A DNA stretch of 63,572 nucleotides, filler included, from Folioceros fuciformis (taxonomy: Eukaryota): assembly GCA_049999805.1 (NCBI GenBank). It is 3 parts of 2 records of this genome, joined end to end, with 100 filler letters (N's around TTAATTAATTAA, not from the genome) between each part and the next. Parts side by side here need not be neighbours in the genome. Positions count along the whole stretch, not along the records: positions 31,027 to 60,993 come from JBNGIO010006236.1; 2 more parts are not named here. The stretch is one strand, 5' to 3'. Position numbers and translations under genes: made by a program. The number at the start of each line of letters is the position of its first letter. The first letter of the stretch is position 1. Under the pieces are notes generated by a model, which saw only the letters and a list, made by a program, of their open reading frames with translations, was not told the DNA's origin and ran no database searches. Positions 35,904 through 49,262 of this stretch are shown piece after piece.

Positions 35904-38185
35904 TTACGACTCTTCACGATGCCTCTCCATCATCTGCACGAAGTCCAGGAAAGCCAGATCTGCATCATGAGGTCCAGGAGAGGACTCTGGGTGATACTGA
36001 ATTCCCATCGCCTTCATCGCTGGGTATGATAACCCAGCACAGGTGCCATCGTTCAAATTCACGTGCGTCACTTCCACTCCGCTCGGAAGCGTTGCTGGAT
36101 CCACGGCGTAGTTGTGATTCTGTCCACACCCACACACATGTAGTGTGCTCAGCCTATTTACGACAAATGGACACGGGCCTCTACCCACATAACCAACTTG
36201 CTGCATCGCAAACCATGCATACATCAAGACAGTGGGTGAGAACAAAACCTGTGAACTTATCTCGACTCGCCCTGTTGGCAGATGGCGGACAGGATGGTTC
36301 CCCCCATGGTGACCGAACTTCATCTTGAAGGTCTTGCCACCAAGCGCTTGTCCCAGTAGCTGATGCCCCATGCATATACCCAACACGGGAATTTTTCCAA
36401 CAAGTTCCTTCACGTTCTCCACCGCATACGGAACAGCAGAAGGATCTCCAGGGCCATTGCTGAAAAGAATGCCGTCAGGCTTCAGCTTTATCACTTCAGA
36501 CGCAGGCCACGTGGATGGAACAACAGTTATCTTGCAGCCATAGGATGTTAATCGCCTCAGAATATTTTGCTTGATGCCAAAGTCGTACGCAACCACCTGC
36601 CCACATTTACAGGATAATCATCACAACAAGAAACGAAACAAAACGAAACGCATCCTGCACAACCACAAACTCAGCTTTGCAAGGTATAAGAACACCAACG
36701 TGGAACTTCGCAGAAACAGCATCGAGGGTTTTCCGGCTAAACTCCCATTCTTCTCCTGTCTTGTCTGTCCATTCATAAGGCTCCGTACACGAAACTCCAG
36801 TTATGAGATCCTTCCCTGAAACACAAATCATACATCACATTTGTGTCAGTTGTTACGGAACTCCCAACCCCGGCTCCATAACACAGTCTTTCACTTCCTG
36901 TCGACTCGCACCCCTCGACAAGCTGAGTAGCGCAGCACTTGCCTACGATTTCCCAATTCCGTGCCAGGTGCAAAAGCTCTTCATCAGTCTTAGTTGCATC
37001 AGTGCTTAGTACACCTATCAAACTTCCATCTTCTCTCAATCGGCGCGTGATAGCTCGTGTGTCGACATCAGCTGGAGCACAATGCAAAGGTCCGATCGTC
37101 AACAATAGAGCAGTCCACCTTCTCAGCAATGCACCCATCTGTTGACTCAGCAATTTGAGGCAATCTAAGTACTGTGCACAGCTCCTACTCTCCACACATA
37201 TCGAAGGCTAGTGCATTCACCTATACCCATGACACGCCTGTCACGAAGATAGCTGTCCAGAGTTTGTGACGACCTCCAATTCGAGACACTGCATGAATGC
37301 AACCAAACCCTCAGGATCGACAACACAACAATGAGAACAGAAAGTAATCGAGAAGTTAGGAGGAACTTACAGTGGACTTAGAGACCTGATGACTAGCCCA
37401 GCCAGGTGACACTCCGCTGATTCTTCATCACCTGGAGGCATCCACGTCCTCATCCTCAGTTCTTCATACTCAGCATGAAGCGGATGTGACAAAGCGACTC
37501 CATCTAGCCTTAAGGGGGTCGAACCCAAATTATGCACTTCAGTCAAACCAGTCACTCACCAACATTGATTCCAGTGTTCCCGATGTGCGGTTGTGTCATA
37601 AGCACAATCTGACCGGCATAACTTGGATCAGTCAGAATTTCCTGGTAACTGCACTCAAACCAATTGTAGAATCAGATGGACAAACTCATGCTCCTACAAC
37701 ACAACGACAACGAACCAGTTTCCGCCAAACGCTCAAGGTTGAATACTGCATACCCTGTCAAGGAAGTGTTAAAAACAACTTCGCCAACCTTGGTGTCCGT
37801 TGTGCCGAAGGACGTCCCTCGCCATATGGACCCGTCTTCCAGCACAAGTCTGGAATCTGTAGTCTTCCATGGTTTCTTCACTGCACCATCAGAATTAGGT
37901 CAGAGCCGCACTCCGCATAATCACGACAATCCAGCAAATTTTGGCTTCAGTAAAGCGTGCCAAACCTCCGAGGACTGTGCCATCCACTGTAGCCACTTCA
38001 CACCTGACGCACCCGCCCAATTTGAGTTTGCGCCCCAGCTGCAGTGCCTGGTTCTTCGTCCATCCAAGCCCCTGCCGACCTCCGAACTGCAAGACTTTGG
38101 AGGAAATCGGCCCATGCCACAGCGAGCCCTCCAAGTCCACCACCCCGGAGCCAACTGGGCAGGCGATTCGGTCCACAGCCGCCAT
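35904..38185 (-). CDS. carA: Carbamoyl-phosphate synthase small subunit, plastid-targeted, multi-exon
   Basis: [79 protein letters not shown]. Confidence 0.96.
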
Positions 38186-39105
38186 TGCCCACCACTACAC
38201 CGGAAGAACGCTGACGCCAGAGAACGCCAAGCAGGGCCGGGAATAAATACGGGGAGGCGCGCTAGGGCGGAAGAGCAGACAGTGATCCACGTCAGCGTGA
38301 CAAATCGCACCTCTTTTCGCAGCCCGATTCTTGTAGTTGCGAACAAGACGATTTTTATTTTATGATGCTACATAGTAAGCAAGAACGAGGCGTCTCCTTC
38401 TCACGTAATTACAGCGGGACTAGGTTCTATATAGTCAATTTCTCCTCCCTCCAAAGTCACATATGGCCAACCTCAGTTCTATCCAAGTCACTCATCGAGA
38501 CCTAGAAAGTTTGAAAAGGAGGGATTGTTCCCTTGGAGAAGCCCTTCACAGTGTGAGAGGAGAAGGGCACGAAATGCTCCCAATCGTAATGGAATATGCT
38601 CGTTCTCCTTCCGGAGACCTAGTGCTGTCGTATCATGCGACTGCGAGACCGAGATCTTAACTAGGCGTGCGAAAGGCTAGCAAGGTGTTGGTGATCAAAG
38701 CGAGTTCCATTGAAACACAATATATTATGCATCCCGCAAGAAATGGGGCAACGCCAATTATGTGTGTCCACCAAGACTTGGTAACCTTGTAAGCTTCGTT
38801 TGCTCTTGAAGAAGAATATCGTTGTTCACGACAGTTTACCCGAGAAGCCTCAACATGGTTACAGACGCTGTTGCTAGAGATACATTTGCCCTAAGTCAGA
38901 ACAGAACATTTAAGCTAAACATTGGTACAAAAGAAGATCGCCTTGAACAGAGGCTGAATGGAATATACAGGTACACCATCGCCATACTGGCAACTCTTTT
39001 GCCCGTACCACACCAGACCCTCATCCTCTAAACTGCAAATAAGGATCTACTTTACAACCTACAGACCTACTGGAGAATTACACCTACGACAGCAGAAAGA
39101 AGTTC

Positions 39106-41850
39106 TCAAGCGGGAAGGGCTGGAGACGTAATACCTGAGGACGATCTAGAGCTCATATTAGACCTTGCATCTTCAAATTCATCAGCATCAACCATCTCAG
39201 GTTCGACAGGGAGAAGGCAGCTGGGCGTGTATGCCTCTACAAGACTTGATACAGAGGGCACCTCCTCAAGCTCATTAGTAGCCTCCAGCAATGACACTGA
39301 TGTAATGGATGTGTAGTAGAACTTGCGACAAATAATGAAAAATGCTACGGTGGCAATAGGCAGGGGGAGGAGGAAGATTGCGTAGGGGAATTTTTTAATT
39401 CCGAAATACCCTAGATTGGTGAGCTGCGAGACAAACAAGGCTGCCAAAATCCGAGCATGAATATGGGGCCACATCCGCCCACCGCTTTCCCAGTCGGGCA
39501 CGTACACTTTCAGAACCTGTAATCCAACAGACGACCATGATCATGCTTCCAGACAACTCAAAGCACTGCTTCGAAGAGTCAAATGAAATAAGAGACGAAT
39601 CTGACCTGATTCCTAAGAACCAACCAACCAAATCCGAAATACAGGATGGAGAAAGGCAAAATTAAGGGGGAAATGACTGCGTAACACAAGGTAATGGTGA
39701 CAATAAGCATGTCATTAGGTACAGCCTGGGCATAGTCCAAAGCCCCGGGGGCCCAAGCATCCTCCATCTCCTTCTCAGACTTCGCAAGGTATCTACGCTT
39801 CAGGTGGTACATGACAAGTGGTACAAGGCGTGACAATTCCAGTCCGTAACCAACGAAGAATCTGTCATGGAACACAGTGTAGACAATATTAGAGTGGACT
39901 GAGCATGCTGTGAGTGTGACCACCTACGACCTTCCCAACCATACCAGAGGCACGGTTACGAGAACTTACTTGAGGGCCACAAAGGTTATGAAGAAGGTTG
40001 CACTCGGCGGCAGAGAGGTGGCCAGCAAAGTGACAGCAGAACCTGGATCTTTCATAATGGCTTTCCCGGAGGCCCACAAAGTACCTCCGATGGTGACTCC
40101 CAGGAATACATTGAAGACTATGAAGTAGAAGTACTTCCCAGCTGCAGCTCGTGCCATGTGACTTTCAGAAACAATACCCTCTTGCTTAGATAGAAACAAG
40201 AGCAACTTGGGCAGAAGAGCCAGAAATATGATGAGGGCCAGCTGGGGGAGATAAGCCTCGAGCACAGATTTGAGAACCCCAATGCGCACAACCGGCTTGA
40301 TGAAAGGGGCTGTCTTTTCAAGGTTCTGCAAAGTTGTGAGTGCAGAGATGAAACTGATTGGTACCATGTAGAAGACCACTGTGAGGAAGACTACAACGTA
40401 GACCACAAGCTCCCGAACAGCTCGAACAGGAAACCGAATCGCCAGGTTGCTCCACACAACTTCCCGAGGTTCTGGGGCCGGCTGAGTCTGCCAGGTGTTA
40501 GCTCGTGGGGCGTGGACAGACTGTCCTGCAGCAGCAGCGTCCCTTCTGGAGTTGAAGAAACATAAAGCAGCGCCCTGCTCCTGCGCTCTGGCCTTGGTCT
40601 GCTCCTCTTCCAGCAGGGCAGTCAACTTCTTGATTTCCTCATTGTAGGTGTCTATGGAGTCAACCTTATTTCCGTACAAACCGAACTTGCCTGTCTTGTG
40701 TTGGGGACGCACCCGTTCCACATCATTCTTGGTCTTACTGAGAGACCACACAGCCTCCGCATGGGCGAGCTTGGCTTTCGCCTGCTCCAGCTGGCCATAC
40801 ACCTTCAAGACCTGCAGAAACAAAGGTAGCAGCAGCAGAGTGAAGGTGAGACAAACGCCGACAAGCAGTCCAGCAGGAGCATGCCATTCAGGGTAGGAAC
40901 CGGTCTTGCATACCTTATCCACTTTGGTTACCACAAGGCATTTCTCGTACGTGTCAGGGTGCAGCTTCTTCATGAACGAATTAACCTTGTCCTCCATGGT
41001 TCCGTTCTTGGCGGCAGGGATGTCACGAACTAACACCGCGAACTGCTCCGGTTTGGGCTTAGCAGACCCTCTGTATGCGCCACGGAGAGCGAGGACATGC
41101 TGATACGTTCTAAGAAGAACAATGTAAGTGGCGATCGAGATGATGTAGGCGACGATGAGGAATGCCCAGAGGCGATCGCTCTTTTCCTACAACACAGGAG
41201 CGAACAAGACAAAGAAGGGACGAGTGAAGGTCAGAATTCAGGAAGCCCACATTCTCTACCAAAAAGAGCCAAGAAACAAAAAGCCACAGCCACCAACCAA
41301 GACATTGCCCATGGCTGCATTGTCGATGTTCCCAAACTGCACGGCCGGCTTCCCGTCCGCAATAGCCTTCTTCACCGCCTCCTTGTTTCCCTTGTCCGTG
41401 GCAGCCAAGGGGACTAACAAGAACAGGCTGGGAATCGCAGCAATAACGAGGATCTGCAAAACTGCAACAGCCAAGGAGAGGATACCACACTGCAATCACT
41501 GAAGGCTGGGCCCAGGTCCCCCCTTAAATCACTCCTCGCTTAGGAGAAAAAAAAAAAAACAAGAAGAAACGCAACACACCAGCCTTCTGAAACAGGACGT
41601 AGATGGCAGCATCCAGCCCGCCCACATTCACCAAATCCTCCTCAGTGGCCGTCCACGCCTCTTTGGCCCACGAAAGGGGCGTTCTCCTTTTGGCGTTGTC
41701 CGGCGGACCCAGCCCTTGTATGATCCGCGCAGGATAGTAAATAACATAGTTGGCGGGGCGCCTGGACAGCAGCGCGAAAATGGTGACCAGCACCGCGAAG
41801 ATGACGAAGGAGGTGGAGAGCGAGGTGATGAGCGACGAGAGTGACACCAT
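39106..41850 (-). CDS. ERD4: OSCA/CSC1 mechanosensitive channel, ERD4 (OSCA3)-like, multi-exon
   Basis: SLSTSFVIF..LSRRPANYVIYYPARI, GLDAAIY, LVRDIP, APEPREVVWSNL, AYLPQLALIIFLALLP, FFITFVALK, YVPDWESGGRMWPHIH. Confidence 0.93.
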
Positions 41851-43094
41851 GTTGCCTCCCCGAAATCACAATGAAGCAGAACCTGAACCCCTGGCTCACT
41901 CCCGCGCGCCTGCGTTTGCCTGCCTGCCTGCCACCGCAGACAGTGTGCCCCCAACGTGCGCTCACGTAACCAGCACCTGCAAGGTCTCCAAAAAGGCCAT
42001 GGCTTGGGAGAGTGGGACTTGGGAGCCGCAGCTGCAGCCGCCGCAGATACGAGTTCCCCAATGAACTGAACGAACGCCTGCTGATGGTGGTGGTGGTGGT
42101 GCGGGTGCCCGTGCCAGAGCCAGAGGTAGAGCCAGTGTCAGTGCCAGTGCAGTGCCAGAGGCAGAGGCAGAGGCAGAGGCAGAGGCAGTGCCAGTGCCAG
42201 GAGGCGGGACGGCGTTGGGCGTTCTTGGGAACGAGACAGAAAAGACGAAGCGAACGACGGCTGCCTAGGCTGGCGAACGTGGGGAAATCAGCCGTCTAGC
42301 AAACATATATACATACACGCGTACATACATCGGCAGCAGGGAAGAGGAGAGCAGAGAGCAGAACAGGCCAAGGTGGCGCGTGCGTGCTGGTGTGCTAGCA
42401 AATCCGCAAGTCCGCCAGCCGAACTGGGGCTTGGATTTCCGAGAACTAAATCCGATTAGGCACTTGTGCTGCGGATGGAGCACACCACAAGGCACAAGCT
42501 AGGCCAGGCCGGGCCAGGCAAGGTCAGTCTAGTACAGTCCAGGCAAGGCCAAGCCAGTCCAGGTCGGGCAGATCGCAAGCAGATAGCTCTCGTTGTCTCC
42601 TGGGGGCCACAGGCGGAAGGCCAGATCCAAGATCCGTTGGCGGGGCACATCATTTTGGTGGGGCCCCACCGCTGCCGACACTCCTGTCCCGTTACCAACG
42701 CGCTGCTCCTCGCGTTTCCACCCAGAGGAGAGGCACATGGTTGATGGGGCGGCCCAGAGCAGTTGCAACTCGCCAGTCGGACATGACTGCTCCGCTCGCC
42801 ACCCCGTCGGCAACAAGTTATTACCACGCCATGCCGCAAACCATGTCAAACCCATACCTTGCTAAATTGATACATAAACATAAAATAAATTCATAAGAAA
42901 TAAAAAAAATGCAATCGTACCAAAGTGGTTCCACTTAGATGGGGCGTGGCGCAGCTCGGCCCAACGGCTCTCCTGAGCCAGTGACCGTTGTGGGCCGACC
43001 CACCGCGTAAAGCCCTCTTTATTACTTATTTATTTGCAGCTTTATGGCACCTACATGAGCTCGGGGCCCACGATGCCGAGGCGGCCGAGCTCGG

Positions 43095-43130
43095 GCTTGG
43101 GCTTTGGCTTTGGCTTTTGCTTTTGCTTTG

Positions 43131-43173
<43 letters not shown>

Positions 43174-43196
43174 CTTTGGCTTTGGCTTTGGCTTGG
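43095..43196. repeat. (GGCTCT/GGCTTT)n hexamer microsatellite
   Basis: About 17 imperfect units. Confidence 0.9.
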
Positions 43197-45389
43197 GCTA
43201 CCCACCGACACGCATCACCTCATGGTCCATGCCTACCTCTCTAGGGCTCGGCACCGCACCAGCCGAGTAGGGTAATAATAGGGGCTGCTGGTAGGGCCCT
43301 CCGTCGGTGCCGTGGACGTGACCTGGACTCGGCATCCTCGGTGGCCATTATCGCCATGTTTCCCAACTTGCCATAGAACGTCGGTACAGTGCACATATGT
43401 ACAGCGTAAAGCTTTTTCCCACGCTTTGCTTTTGTTTGGTTTGGTGTAGACAGTTGTACTAAACTACAAATAGGTAGTCCGCGCCTCCCTCGGCTGCGGA
43501 ATCCCCCGCGTCAGGAGTGATCCCGACTGTGCCGACAGAAATCCCGGTTACCGAAACCCGCGCTTCGCTTCTCCAAGTGTGATTGCTGGGATGAGGTTGT
43601 TGTAGTGCAGGATCCGGAATGCTGTATGACAGCTGCCTGCCCGGCGGTGCCACCTTGGGTGACGCGTTAAGAAGGAAGAGACGAATTTCTTATGCTCGGG
43701 ATGCGTTACATGGTTTGCGAATTGCCTGCTATTCGAGCAATCGAGAGTTGTTGGGATGAGAGACGCACACGTGATAGGGCAAGCGTTGCGTACGGGAGGA
43801 CAGCTTCGTCGACGGATTGAAGGAAAGGATATGAAAGGAAAGGAATGCTCCAGCCTATGTGTGTGTAGGCGGCAGTTTGAGAACTTGCGTGGATGAAGAA
43901 CGAGTTAATGTTATGTACAGCAACCAGGTGTTGGAGGCATTTCCCGAAGAATGATGCACTGTTTGGGTTGCAGGTACTCTCGTTGGAGAGGAGAGGACAG
44001 CATGCATGTAGTCAGATGGCATCTCGGAGCTTACTAGCTCCAGGTACTGACAGGATGCGGTACTCTAGCGGCTCGAGTGTACTACAAGCCGGCGTTAAGC
44101 CTACACCGTAGCACTACTCGAGCATGCACCATGGTGGATCTTGTTCGTGGTACCGGTGCAGGCCATCTTTGTGAGGCGGTCAGGCGTCGATAGCTGTACA
44201 GCCACATGATGATGCCGCGTGAGGCACTCTCGGGGCTCCATGCCACAGGCTTGCTAGCGCTTCATCTGCTCCTTGCATTGTCCTCTGCCGGCCTTTCGTA
44301 TCGTATGATGCACAGTGTGGTATCCTTTTGAATCCGTCGCAGTCTCGGCCAGAGTGGTACGAAATACTCCTCCGGGACTGCCCGCTCAATCTCGATCGTG
44401 ATCGTGAGATACTGGAGACTGAATCGTTACTTAGGTCCAGGCACGGCTGCCGGCTTGGCGGGATTGTTCATCCTTGGACCGAGCTCATTCATCCGTTCAG
44501 GGGTTTCACGTCTTTGCCCTGTGGCAAGCGCTGTTGTCGAATCCCTTTGCCGTCTTTACAGTGGATGCTCTTTCCAGGCGCCTCCAGCCTCGTGGACGAG
44601 GGGGCACCGGGTCCGCGCCAGACTCTTCCTCCAACCGAATACTGCGGGAAGGAACTACGTGGGGTTGGTACCGCTTATCTTCATCGTCTTCCTATCCAAG
44701 CTGTAAACCCGTGCCAATCCGATGGCTCATGGCCGGCCGTCTTCGCCGTCTTGAATGGCAACAGGGTGCAAGCCGCGTCCTTGGGACAAGAGGCCAAGAG
44801 ACTAGTAAACCGGCCGTGCCTCCATTGTTGCATAATCTGGCAACCACTGGCGCGCTGTTCCTGTATACAAGGAGTGTGAAGGTCATGTGTTTGGCCAGGC
44901 CTGTGCAGTCTCGTCTTCGTCGTCGTCCATTCTTCCACACACAAGCCTACAACCCTGATACCAACCGCCTGTGCAAGCTCACCTCCCACCTAATAATTAC
45001 GATTACGCTCATACAAAATCCTATTTGCAGATCCAGTGCCAATATTTGGCATACCATTTGCAAAGGCGATTCCCCTGTGCAGGGAATAGCATTTGCAAAT
45101 GTTGTGAAGATCGGACTGCACAAAACCTTGTTGTGAGTGAGGATGTTTCTGGAGTCCTTTTCAACATTTATTCTTCTATAATTTTGACAAATATATTAAA
45201 TCGCGACCCAAAGCCTATCATCACCACGGCGCGTAGCCATCCCTTTCCTCCCATTTTCTTACATCCATGATGAGGAAGGATCATTCAGGAATTGAAGCTT
45301 CTGAAGCTTTCTGTGTGGCCATGGAGAGAGTGTGAGGTGCCGCATCAGGTGATTAAATGTGAACAAGAAAAACATCTCTAGTGATGGGT

Positions 45390-46280
45390 CCATGAACACC
45401 TGTAAACGAAGGCGATCGTCGGTGACGCGGAGTCTATCCCATGCCACCCCTCGTCTCCTTTCCTGTGTCCTGGCCGCAGAGGCAGATCAAGTCATGCCGA
45501 GCTCTGCTATTTCTCGTCTTTTCGCTATGCATGGCGTCATGCTGGACACAGAATTTTTGAGGGTGGACAGTTTGAGCAATCACACTTTATCTGTGTCCAT
45601 AGTACTTCTGAGTGGGTGTACGCTGGATGGTGAAAAAGTGGACCTGCAGGATACTCTGGCTGAACTTGTTCTGTCTCGTGCTTCTACAAATCTCGCCCGG
45701 CGAGGTCGCTGAGTGTCACTCTTCTCCAATGTTACGTGCTGGGGACTGCCTTCAATTCCCACGGAAACTTTGCAGGTGGTGGAGGATCACAGGTTCAAAG
45801 GATATGTGTGCCAGTTTCTCAATTTGTGCGTCCGTGAGTTACGGAAAGAAATGAAAAATTCGCCGTCCCTTCTCCTTCTGACAGTCGTGTGGTGTCCGTA
45901 GAGCCTGCCACCGCCACCGTCATTGCCCTTGCTTCCGACAGGTCTGAAATCCAAAGTTCTCGAAAGTCTTAGGTTTCCTGCTCAAAGTTTAGCGGCACTG
46001 GCATTGTGCCTGTTCTGAGTTGAACTTTTTGTCAGCGGCCGATGACTTGTGGAAGAATCTGTTTGGCAGGGTAGATGTAGCAAAGCCTCCTCCTCGTGGG
46101 CAGGGATGGAAAGCAGCTTTCACTAGGGATTGGCTGCCGAAGAAGCAGACAGATCAGGCCAAGAGACATGCAGAACGACGGTTTCGTGTGGAATTTCGCT
46201 ATCTAACAGCCAGTAGTCCCATTTGCCGGAAGAGATTACGCTGGGTCTTCTGCCATTTCGCTACCCACAGGCACCGGTAG
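45390..46280 (+). pseudogene. SKIP22/FBXO7-like F-box protein pseudogene
   Basis: AMHGVMLDTEF, then SLPPPPSLPLLPTGLKSKVLESL..PAQSLAALA / CACSELNFLSAADDLWKNLF..GWKAAF; in-frame stops at 45710-45712 and 45899-45901 and a frameshift near 46005. Confidence 0.7.
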
Positions 46281-47804
46281 CTGCATCGGGAGGTTTGCCC
46301 TGTCAGTGAGCACATAGAGGAGACATTCTCAAGCCTTGTTGCTCAGGAATCTCAAGCTCTCAGGCATTCTTCAGCCTCCTGCATTGAGAGGCTGTCATGG
46401 TTGCAATTTTTAGCAATGCAAGTAGTCAGTGTTTAGGTTGTGGCTGGAGTATCTGAGCAGAAAATGGCTTCTACCTCACCTTCACTTGGCGGTTTCCCTT
46501 CTCTCTGTGGGATGCAGCCTTGGCAGTTTGCCCAGAAGCACTGCAGGTACCGAGTTGACAACTAGGTGGGTGACATTGGAACTGCGATCGCTGACCACGA
46601 GGACCAATGAGTAGTCGCAGTTCCGAGTGTGATCACTCGTGTGCCACCGGAGTGATCAGTGTCGAAACAGTAGGACTTGAATAGTATGTGCAGTGAGTTT
46701 CGGCGCCTATGTCGAGGAATGAACTACCGAGCAAACTGCTGATGTATTACCAGTTCGATAGTACATAAACAGACACTTGTCCCTGGTCCATGCACTCGCA
46801 GATTTCACGCCTCGACATTTGCAACTGCTTTCTTGGTGAATGCCCGTCACGTAGAACAGGTCTCTGTGGACACCGGAGTGGTTGACGACAGCCGTTATGT
46901 TGGCATGGCACCCCGACCGATGGGCTACCAATGCTATTTTGAGGGCTGAGAACGCTTATACTTTGATGTCCTCCTCTGAAATTGTGAAGGTCTCGTCTCT
47001 AATCAATTCAAGGAGGATAAAGACGCAGAAAATGTTTGCTAACTGTATCATCTGGTGTGTGAACGAGGGAATCGTCACCTTGAGTGTTTCTGATTAAATT
47101 CTGCAGCTTGCTGTAGTGTCGTTTTTAGTTCATGTGGTCATTCGACTGGCTGCTTTGCTTTTAGATCAGCTTTACCTCTGAGCCTGTATGGTAAAGTATG
47201 TCGCGATATGGGTAATGGGTAAGCTTTCAAGCGGTGGTAGCACAGGCGGCTTTGGCGGGACTAGGCTTCACAGTAGAGAAGCTCGACACGGCTGCCAAGT
47301 CACGAGTGTACGTTTCTGAACCTTCCGTGATTTGTGACTTTTGGGGTGTAACAGCAAGGACATGCGATGTCATGCACTCTTCGTTCCTATGGGTACGTGT
47401 TCGAATAGAATGAACGCATTCAAAATCCGACACTTGGCATGACACCTGTACTTCCTGTGCTTGTGGTGGGTCGTTGTCTCCAGGCTTTGGCCTCAAGAAT
47501 TGGCTCAATTTGGGCATCGCGCTCTCTTGAATCGGTTTGCCCCCACCTGCAAAGCGGAAATCGTAATAAGTTTCTTGAGGTCTGGAAGCATGGCAGTACG
47601 TCACAGATTGGGATGCGCTTTGCAAGCACTAGGCAGAGCAGCACATGCCTCACAGCGTGAAGCTATAGGGACCTCTACAAAGTTCTCGAGGATCGCAGGC
47701 AAGGTTGACGACTGTCGACTCCCTATACTGGTTTAATTTCGATCGGGTGGTAACCGTGCTTCGTCCTGCCCTTTAAGGAACGTAGCTGACAATGTTTTGA
47801 GCTT

Positions 47805-48722
47805 ATGGTGGGCTTGCAGGGTGTTGGATACAATGAAGTTGTTAAATGGTGCTCCGCTGAAGGATTTGCCCTAGGAGGAAGACAGAAATATCATTCCAGC
47901 TTCCTGCTTCTGGATGCCAACGAAACTGCAGCTGAATCATCCGCCGGAAAGTGGGATGTGGGGCATCCTCCAGTGGATCCTGCCACTACCGAGAGAGGGG
48001 AGACTCCAGGTGTGCAGGGAGCAGGTGACAAGAGCGGTCAGGCAGGACGGAGTCCACACACTCTGAAGAAGGGCCGCATCCCGGAACCTCAGACAGAGGT
48101 TGCAAACACTCCTAGCTTAGGGAAAGCCAGAAGCACGCGGGAGATGCTGGATGAAGAGCAGAGGCAGAGGGAGGAAAGTATGCAAAATCGTGAGGCGCAG
48201 GAAGGTGGAAGCTCCCAACCTTCTCACACCCCAGATGGACTCACTACGGAAGCAGCAATCAAGTCCAACATGATAGCCGCGGAAGAGGGCAAACAGCTTT
48301 GGTGCATGGGAGTCAAGGTGACTGTCAAGTGTCCTGGGGAGAGTACAAGTGGGGCTTACTGCATGCTAGAGTACAGTGTTGCACCAGGAAACGGATCGTC
48401 GACTCACACCCATGAGCGTGAGGATGAGACTTGGTACATGCTGGATGGGAACCTCAAGTGGCAACTGGGGGATAAAACCTACGATTCAGAGCCAGGATCT
48501 TTCATCCACTTACCACGTGGTGTGCCCCACTCTTTTCACAATGTTTTGGACAAGCCAGCTCGCATGTTGGTTTCTTGTGTCCCAGCAGGTTTTGAGAAAT
48601 ATTTCCTCGAGATTGGAACTCCTGTTGAGCCAGACGACGTAACCAAAAGCCTGAGCACAAACCAGACAGACCTTGTTGCTTCCACTAATGCAGGGAAGAA
48701 GTACGGCATTTCCTTTGCTTAG
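47805..48722 (+). CDS. Bacterial-type Cupin_2 (quercetin 2,3-dioxygenase-like) protein with a long low-complexity N-terminal extension; true start uncertain
   Basis: LWCMGVKVTVKCPGESTSGAYCMLEYSVAPGNGSSTHTHEREDETWYMLDG...PGSFIHLPRGVPHSFHN..PARMLV...PAGFEKYF...KYG; intact HxH..E..H metal ligands. Confidence 0.8.
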   Translation: MVGLQGVGYNEVVKWCSAEGFALGGRQKYHSSFLLLDANETAAESSAGKWDVGHPPVDPATTERGETPGVQGAGDKSGQAGRSPHTLKKGRIPEPQTEVANTPSLGKARSTREMLDEEQRQREESMQNREAQEGGSSQPSHTPDGLTTEAAIKSNMIAAEEGKQLWCMGVKVTVKCPGESTSGAYCMLEYSVAPGNGSSTHTHEREDETWYMLDGNLKWQLGDKTYDSEPGSFIHLPRGVPHSFHNVLDKPARMLVSCVPAGFEKYFLEIGTPVEPDDVTKSLSTNQTDLVASTNAGKKYGISFA

Positions 48723-49262
48723 GATATATGAGGACTTGCACGTCCACAGCACAGGTGCTTACACTCTTGTATGAGGGACCCTTGTTGCAAATCATGTACA
48801 GCATGGTAGTAGGGCCGAGCATGCTTTCGAGTACATATTCAGATGAAGTTTTTGACATGCGATATTGTGGCTGTCGTCTAGATATCAGCTTGCATACTGA
48901 AAGATTTCTGTGGTGTCTTCACCTCTGCAAGCTTTAGTCCAGACCAAGCTGTCTTGCAGAATGGTTAAATACCTTTGTCTTTACCCCTGCAAGTTTTATT
49001 CCAGACCAAACTGTTTTGCAGAGTACTTCAATTCCTGTAGCGACGCTTCTACCAGTTTCTCTTCTAGTCCAGATCATGCAGCTTGAACTCTGGAACTCTC
49101 CAGGTCATTCGAGTCGAGTTAGAGAAAGCCTCCGCACCCGCTCAACGGGCTTGTAGAACTTGTGAAGCTCCCTCACGTTTAAATCCTTCCCCGGCCTACG
49201 GTCTCTGAGTTTCGTCTTGATTCTCCGTTCGTCTTGGCTATCAGTACCATAACAGTGTCGCG

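Noticed and set aside
44180-45270. Overlapping 100-220-aa ORFs
   Set aside because: No family recognised in any frame; possibly decayed coding sequence, but unsupported
46900-46925. WHPDR as a J-domain HPD motif
   Set aside because: Flanking J-domain helices not evident; a five-residue match is insufficient
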